64,000 nucleotides of DNA, taken from positions 159,880-223,879 of IMG/VR virus record IMGVR_UViG_3300035698_007246. One strand, 5' to 3'. A program made the position numbers and the translations under genes. Under the pieces are notes generated by a model. That model was not told the DNA's origin. It saw only the letters and a program-made list of their open reading frames with translations, and did not search any database. This document shows positions 58,482-64,000 of the stretch, in pieces (within the stretch, counting starts at the first letter, position 1; each line of letters begins with the position of its first letter).

Positions 58482-60374
58482 ATGCCAAGAGTATTTAACA
58501 CTCCGGGTGTGTATAGACGAGAAATAGACTTAAGTGAAATACTTATAGCTACCGGCATTTCAAATGGTGCCATCGTTGTACGTTCATCGCAAGGACAAAT
58601 AAGAAGACCTGTATTGGTTTCAAATGATAAGGAATATGTAGAACAATTCGGTCAACCTGTGTTCACATCAGGAAGCGGATTATCTGGTATTGATAAACTC
58701 ATTCCTGAATATGGATACGGTTCTTATGGAGCATTAGAATTTTTAAAAGAATCAACGAATCTTTACGTTGTGAGAGCGTTTGATAGTGGTGATGTGTATG
58801 CAGCAATGGGAGTTGGTGTTACTTTATCTGCTGATGATACTGATATTAGTGGAGGTATTGACCCATTAACGGCCACACCAGATGTTTTTGATACACGGGA
58901 TAACATCTCAAGTATTAATGAAATCGGTGATAGTATGACTGGGGCATTATTTGCGTCATTCATAAGTCCGGGTGAAGCAGGTAATGAATTTGCTTATAAT
59001 ATTGAAACATTACATCCAGACGCTGATTGGATATATCGTTATGATGAATATCCAACAGATAGTTCTGCAACAACAAATGGTCCGGGTTCAATTTGGACAT
59101 CAGGAACAAGTGCTGATATTGCAACACATTTTCCAATTGCAAGTAAAGTTTTTAAAATTAAACTTTATAAACGACCAGTTGATAAAATTTGGAATGATTT
59201 GTATTCAAATTCAGCAGACGCTGAAAATAAAAGATTAAGATTACAAGAAGTCGAATCATATTATTGCACATTGGGTCCTCAATTGGACGCTGATGGAAAA
59301 TCATTATATGTTGAAGATGTTGTAAATGGCAATTCACAATCCATTTACATGCAATCAAATATAAGTTCAATATTGGCTTATTCATATACGTTCTCAGGAA
59401 CAAGTGGTTTTTCTAATCTTCCGGGTGGTGAAGATGACGCAGGTGCTTATTTTTATAACACAACAAGATTATGTCAACTATCAGGTGGTACTGTAACCCA
59501 ATCTAATGGTTTGGGTAGTGGTGATGATGAATTCTGGGCTTATTTTAATGACAGAGAAGAAATTCCTGTTCAAATATTGGTTGGAACAAGTTATAACACA
59601 ACTACAAAACAAGCTATGGGTAACCTTGCAGTTAAGAGACTTGACTGTATTGGAACTGTACAAGCAGGAGAACTTGATGATATAACATATCAAAGAATTA
59701 TTGAATCAGAAAGATATGGGTATGTGTCTCCGTCATATATTGCTATTTATGGTGGTTATTCAAAAATTTATGATAATAATAATGACAAGTTTGTATATTT
59801 ACCGAATAGTATTTATGGTGCGTCATTGTACCCACGTATAGATAATATTTCAGACCCTTGGTATGCTCCGGCAGGTATTGACAGAGCAACACTATCTGTG
59901 TTTGACCAACGTAAGATATACAGTGCAGAACATATAGGAAAACTATATGATAAGAACATCAATATGGTGAGATTCATTAGAGGTTCAGGATTCGTAATGT
60001 GGGGTCAAAAAACTGCACAATTAAAGAAATCTGCCCTTGATAGAATACAAGTAAGAAGATCTTTATTGTTTATTGAAAATAATATTGAGATAGCATTGCT
60101 TCCATTTGTTTTTGAAAATAATACAGTACAAACTCGTTTACGTGTTTGGTCATTGATTGATGAATTTCTTGCAGGTGTATTTGCAGCAGGTGGTCTTACT
60201 AAGTATGAAGTTGTTTGTGATGAAACAAACAATCCATTATCTGTAATTGACGCAAATCAATTAAACGTGGATATATATACACAGCCGGTACGCACATCCG
60301 AATTTATACAGTTTACTACGGTCGTAACTCGTACAGGTATCAGCTTCAGTGACTTGAGACTTAAATACGCGTAA
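58482..60374 (+). CDS. gp18: Tail sheath protein (T4 gp18)
   Basis: TPGVYRREIDLS..LYVVRA..PWYAPAGIDRA..WGQKT..SALDRIQVRR..FVFENN..VVCDETNN. Confidence 0.95.
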   Translation: MPRVFNTPGVYRREIDLSEILIATGISNGAIVVRSSQGQIRRPVLVSNDKEYVEQFGQPVFTSGSGLSGIDKLIPEYGYGSYGALEFLKESTNLYVVRAFDSGDVYAAMGVGVTLSADDTDISGGIDPLTATPDVFDTRDNISSINEIGDSMTGALFASFISPGEAGNEFAYNIETLHPDADWIYRYDEYPTDSSATTNGPGSIWTSGTSADIATHFPIASKVFKIKLYKRPVDKIWNDLYSNSADAENKRLRLQEVESYYCTLGPQLDADGKSLYVEDVVNGNSQSIYMQSNISSILAYSYTFSGTSGFSNLPGGEDDAGAYFYNTTRLCQLSGGTVTQSNGLGSGDDEFWAYFNDREEIPVQILVGTSYNTTTKQAMGNLAVKRLDCIGTVQAGELDDITYQRIIESERYGYVSPSYIAIYGGYSKIYDNNNDKFVYLPNSIYGASLYPRIDNISDPWYAPAGIDRATLSVFDQRKIYSAEHIGKLYDKNINMVRFIRGSGFVMWGQKTAQLKKSALDRIQVRRSLLFIENNIEIALLPFVFENNTVQTRLRVWSLIDEFLAGVFAAGGLTKYEVVCDETNNPLSVIDANQLNVDIYTQPVRTSEFIQFTTVVTRTGISFSDLRLKYA

Positions 60375-60376
60375 TA

Positions 60377-60477
60377 TATAAATAATAAAGAGAGGGACAG
60401 TGGGTAGCTCCTATTTCCTGAAACCTTTACGAGTAAGGATTACCTCTCAATTTTAAAAATCAGTAAAGGAGATTATA
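60377..60477 (+). ncRNA. Structured cis-regulatory RNA leader, copy C (with late promoter)
   Basis: TATAAATA..GAGAGG-GACA-GTGGG[tagct]CCTAT-T-TCCT[gaaaCCTTTACgagta]AGGA-TTA-CCTCTC...GTAAAGGAG..ATG. Confidence 0.8.
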
Positions 60478-61269
60478 ATGAAAGATGAAAAAAGATTTTA
60501 TGTTTATGTGTATCTTGACCCAAGAAAACCGGGAAAATATAAATATGGTGAATATGAATTTGAATATGAACCATTTTATGTTGGTAAGGGATGTGGGAAA
60601 AGATGGAGATATCATTTAAATGAAGCTAAAAATAGAAATGAAAATAATTATAAGTTAAATAAAATTAGAAAAATTATTAATGATTGTGGGATTGAACCAA
60701 TAATTATTAAATATAAAGAAAATTTAGATGAAAATGTATCATTAAATCTTGAAGTTGATATGGTTGATAAAATTGGAAGAATTATAAATAATAATGAAGG
60801 ACCTCTTGTGAATATAACCGATGGTGGTGAAAAATTTTCAGGATTGAAAAATGATTTGAATGGACGGTGGAAGGATGTTGATAAAAATTTGATATTTGGT
60901 TTGTATGAAAATGGAAAAAGTATTGAAGAGATTGCATTGATAACTAAAACAACTATACCATTAATTCGTAGACGAATTATATATTGGGAATTGCCAATAC
61001 GTAAAGATATTAATATTGGAAGAAAAAAATCTATTAAATGCAAAGAAAAAATATCAAAATCTAAAATTGGGTTATATGGTGAGTTAAATGCGAATCATAA
61101 ATATGTTTATACATTTGTTTCGCCAGATAATCATAAATATAAATTTAAAGATATAAATAAATTTTGTAAAGAATATAATCTTAATTATGGAAGTATAAGA
61201 AAATCTTTTAAAAGAAATTCTGAATATTATAAAGATTGGAAAATAGAAAGAAGATTAATTTTAAAATAG
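60478..61269 (+). CDS. Free-standing GIY-YIG-type homing endonuclease between the sheath and tube genes
   Basis: FYVYVYLDPRK..PFYVGKGCGKR..H..LE..IGR..GPLVNITDGGE. Confidence 0.85.
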   Translation: MKDEKRFYVYVYLDPRKPGKYKYGEYEFEYEPFYVGKGCGKRWRYHLNEAKNRNENNYKLNKIRKIINDCGIEPIIIKYKENLDENVSLNLEVDMVDKIGRIINNNEGPLVNITDGGEKFSGLKNDLNGRWKDVDKNLIFGLYENGKSIEEIALITKTTIPLIRRRIIYWELPIRKDINIGRKKSIKCKEKISKSKIGLYGELNANHKYVYTFVSPDNHKYKFKDINKFCKEYNLNYGSIRKSFKRNSEYYKDWKIERRLILK

Positions 61270-61278
61270 GAGGAAATT

Positions 61279-61863
61279 ATGCCGGGTAATTCAGATAACT
61301 TCACTATAGAAGGTCGTATGAAAAGTCAAGCTGACATTCAGAGAAATTGGATGTGGCAACTACTTATACCAGGAATTATTACTGTTGCTCCAACTACTGC
61401 ATTATTGGACATGGAAGATTTACTTGTCCGTTGTAGAAGTATGAGTATACCACCACGTTCAAACCAAGTAACGCAATCTGACTTTATGGGGATGAAGCAA
61501 TTCTTTCCGGGTAAGCCTGATGTTGGTGGTACTGTGAATGCAACGTTTGAGGAAACTGAAGATATGGCTGTAAGGCGTATTTTCTGGGAATGGGAACAAA
61601 ACATATTTAATGTTAATCCGTTGAGTCCATTGACTGCTGGTAAGTCAAGAAGACCATTTAAACGTGCATTAACAAAAGATATTTATTTGATGTTTTTTGG
61701 ATATAATGGCGAACCTCTTGCTAAATCAATAAGATTTCATAACGCATTTGTGCAAAGTGTTGCAGATGTTGCGGTTGATTATGGTGCAGGTGCTGCGGTT
61801 CAATATACAGTAACATTTCAATATGATTTCTGGACATTGTTCCCTGATACAACACAACCTTAA
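61279..61863 (+). CDS. gp19: Tail tube protein (T4 gp19-like)
   Basis: DIQRNWMW..CRSMSIP..FMG..FPGK..TFEETED..WE..NAF..VTFQYDFW. Confidence 0.85.
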   Translation: MPGNSDNFTIEGRMKSQADIQRNWMWQLLIPGIITVAPTTALLDMEDLLVRCRSMSIPPRSNQVTQSDFMGMKQFFPGKPDVGGTVNATFEETEDMAVRRIFWEWEQNIFNVNPLSPLTAGKSRRPFKRALTKDIYLMFFGYNGEPLAKSIRFHNAFVQSVADVAVDYGAGAAVQYTVTFQYDFWTLFPDTTQP

Positions 61864-61878
61864 TCAAGAGAGATAGTT

Positions 61879-62463
61879 ATGGCACAAGTTCCAATCGGTA
61901 AAGGCGGGATGGGTTTTTTCAGCTTACCAATGCTGGATTTTTATTTTCGTAAATCCGTTTTACCTAAGTGGAAATTTTTGGTTGAATTTGTACCAAACGT
62001 CAAACAGAAAGATTTAAATGTGTTACATTATTTAAATAAAATGAGATATCATCATATTGTTGACGTCTCATTACCTTTCTACAAGTGGACTACTGAAGAG
62101 ACGATGTATGGTCCAATAGCTAAAAAATTCCCAAAAGTGGACCATCATGGGTTCACAGTTAAGTTAACTATGGAAGATGACAAGTCTGCTCAAGTATTAG
62201 CATTAATACATGCATTACAGAGAACAATTGTAAGGGAAAACGGATATTATAAACGTTTACCTGAAGTCATAGTTGGTGATATAATCATTCATTTATATAA
62301 TCATTTTGGTACTGAGGTGTGTTATTGGATTGCAAATAATACATATTTTCTTGGTGCAGATGACATCACATTAAGTTACAAAGATACTGACGCTATGTCA
62401 TATGGCGTTACGTTTGGATGTGACACAATACGTTTTAGAAAAAATACAATTACAGTTATATAA
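61879..62463 (+). CDS. Tail-tube-like protein (gp19/gp54 family paralogue)
   Basis: KFLVEF..VDVSLP..LTMEDD..LSY..VTFGCD. Confidence 0.6.
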   Translation: MAQVPIGKGGMGFFSLPMLDFYFRKSVLPKWKFLVEFVPNVKQKDLNVLHYLNKMRYHHIVDVSLPFYKWTTEETMYGPIAKKFPKVDHHGFTVKLTMEDDKSAQVLALIHALQRTIVRENGYYKRLPEVIVGDIIIHLYNHFGTEVCYWIANNTYFLGADDITLSYKDTDAMSYGVTFGCDTIRFRKNTITVI

Positions 62464-62531
62464 TCAAATATATATATTCGACATTGTATAAATAATAATG
62501 ATGTTGAATTTATTTTATAAGGAGTTAATAT

Positions 62532-63470
62532 ATGGATATGAAACCTGTAGGCTCAGAACAGAGTCTTGGTAGTATTATTGACGCACAACAAACTATGGGT
62601 GCAGACGAAAAAAAAGTTTTGGATATGATGACCAAAATGCAAAAGCAAGCCGAAACTGAAGCGAATAACCCAGAATATAATTCTGGAGTGAATTCACCAA
62701 AAACTGTTTACAAAGATTCAAAACCAGATAATGCAAATTATTGGGATTTGACAAATGAACTTCCATCAAAAGGTATATTGTATCCTGATGGTGTTCTTAT
62801 TGAAGCAAGATCATTAAAGGTTATTGAAGTCAAGAAATTAGCTTCAATCACTGGGGAAAATGCTGATTATGTTATAAATGACATAGTTAGACGTTGTGTT
62901 CGTGTTCAAGGTCTCGCAGGAACGGAAGAATTATTTCTTGCGGATAAGATTTATTTGGTTCTTTGGATGAGAGCCGTGACATATAGAGATAGCAGTTATA
63001 CTGTTGGCTTTACATGTCCTAAATGTGAAGCGAAATCAAATTATCATTTTGCAGTTAAGAATTTGGAAATTAATTATTTAAAAGATGATTATGACCCAAA
63101 TACAAAAATGGTGTTAGAAAATGGTGGATATATTCGTTTACGTCATCTTAAAATTAAAGATGAAAGTGCTATTGAAAGATTTTTAAATGTAAACAAAAAA
63201 GTTTTAGGAGAAATTGATATTGAATTGTTAGCATTGGCGTGTATGATAATTGATATTGATGGTGATACAGGAAAACAACTTATTGAAAAATATAACTTTG
63301 TTTTAGATTTGACACCAAGAGATTTATCTCAAATAACAACATATGTTGAAAATCATACCATTGGTATTGAAGAAAACATGACTGTTGATTGTGATAAGTG
63401 TGGAGGTAATGTCCCGCTGGGGATTACGTTTCGTAGCAACTTCTTTCTTCCCAAGTATACCGCTCGATAG
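62532..63470 (+). CDS. Baseplate hub assembly / tail chaperone protein (T4 gp26-like)
   Basis: LPSKGILYP..DKIYLVLWMRAVTY..CPKC..CDKC..FF. Confidence 0.7.
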   Translation: MDMKPVGSEQSLGSIIDAQQTMGADEKKVLDMMTKMQKQAETEANNPEYNSGVNSPKTVYKDSKPDNANYWDLTNELPSKGILYPDGVLIEARSLKVIEVKKLASITGENADYVINDIVRRCVRVQGLAGTEELFLADKIYLVLWMRAVTYRDSSYTVGFTCPKCEAKSNYHFAVKNLEINYLKDDYDPNTKMVLENGGYIRLRHLKIKDESAIERFLNVNKKVLGEIDIELLALACMIIDIDGDTGKQLIEKYNFVLDLTPRDLSQITTYVENHTIGIEENMTVDCDKCGGNVPLGITFRSNFFLPKYTAR

Positions 63471-63687
63471 TATATGGGAAATAGAATTCCAAATGAATCT
63501 TAATTTTCAATCATTTGCGATTTATAATCATTTGGAATATTTCGAACTAATCTGGCACTATGAAAGATTAGTCGAATATCGAAAACAGGAGAATAATAGC
63601 GAGGGTAATAATGGTGGGAGGATGTCTCTAAACAATCTTGGTTCAAATATGTTTCAAAATATGCAAGGAGATATGAATGCCGGATAA
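63385..63687 (+). CDS. Small tail/baseplate assembly ORF overlapping the gp26-like gene in the +1 frame; start uncertain
   Basis: IWEIEFQM..NHLEYFELIWHYERL helical segment; no obvious Shine-Dalgarno plus ATG at its 5' end. Confidence 0.5.
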   Translation: MIVISVEVMSRWGLRFVATSFFPSIPLDSIWEIEFQMNLNFQSFAIYNHLEYFELIWHYERLVEYRKQENNSEGNNGGRMSLNNLGSNMFQNMQGDMNAG

Positions 63688-64000
63688 TAAACCAAGAGAG
63701 AATAAATTTTTACAACAAAATCAGGCTGCTCAATTCGTAAAGAGCAGTTCTGATATGTTGTCTCAAAATATTGGTAAGTTTTTTGCCAATACTGCAAAAG
63801 CATACGTATACAATACGGATGTTCAAATTGATAGTGGTCAGACATTAAAACGAATTGATAGGTCGTTGACGACTATAAGCGATACATTACTCATACAAAA
63901 CAAAATGTTGGAAAAAAGTAATGCTGAAGCTCTGCGTCTACAAATGCAAACACAAAAGTTTATATCTAATAAAAGCGTCACAACAACACAAAAAAGAAAA
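63677..64000 (+). CDS. N-terminus of a long ORF running off the window (tape-measure/baseplate hub position)
   Basis: AAGGAG Shine-Dalgarno, ATG 63677, open for 108 codons to the edge (MPDNKPRENKFLQQ...). Confidence 0.6.
   Translation, partial: MPDNKPRENKFLQQNQAAQFVKSSSDMLSQNIGKFFANTAKAYVYNTDVQIDSGQTLKRIDRSLTTISDTLLIQNKMLEKSNAEALRLQMQTQKFISNKSVTTTQKRK

Noticed and set aside
60390-60448. Hammerhead ribozyme on the opposite strand of the RNA leaders (reverse complement shows GAAA...stem...GUC)
   Set aside because: The CUGANGA core is absent (UAA instead), and the late promoter and anti-SD pairing support the sense orientation.
1-64000. tRNA or rRNA genes
   Set aside because: No cloverleaf or T-loop signatures were seen in the short intergenic spaces; tRNAscan-SE would confirm.

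Overview
AT-rich 64 kb segment of a large T4-like (Tevenvirinae-type architecture) myophage genome. The left 24.8 kb (minus strand) is the DNA metabolism/replication block: ThyX-like protein, intein-containing class II ribonucleotide reductase, gp4, RNase H, RuvC-like resolvase, primase, gp32, gp41, UvsX, gp43, a DHH phosphoesterase, a glycosyltransferase, GDP-fucose synthase, gp47, gp55 and gp46. A 278-bp tandem duplication rich in palindromes marks the strand switch (candidate origin). The right 39 kb (plus strand) carries UvsY, intein-containing UvsW and the virion genes: fibre/decoration proteins, two gp14 paralogues, portal, protease, scaffold, major capsid, gp13, gp15, terminase, sheath, tube and baseplate hub. 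Main observations: (1) a conserved, covarying three-way-junction RNA leader with an anti-Shine-Dalgarno loop precedes four free-standing endonuclease genes of two unrelated families, and a fifth copy begins at the left edge; (2) the RNR intein ends in Arg-Gly instead of His-Asn; (3) the large terminase is fractured by an atypically split intein whose halves enclose an endonuclease and an ATPase-only terminase paralogue; (4) a protease-dead gp21 paralogue, a possible +1 frameshift before the tape-measure-position gene, and apparent GATC avoidance. All calls come from visual motif recognition and gene order; no database searches were run.
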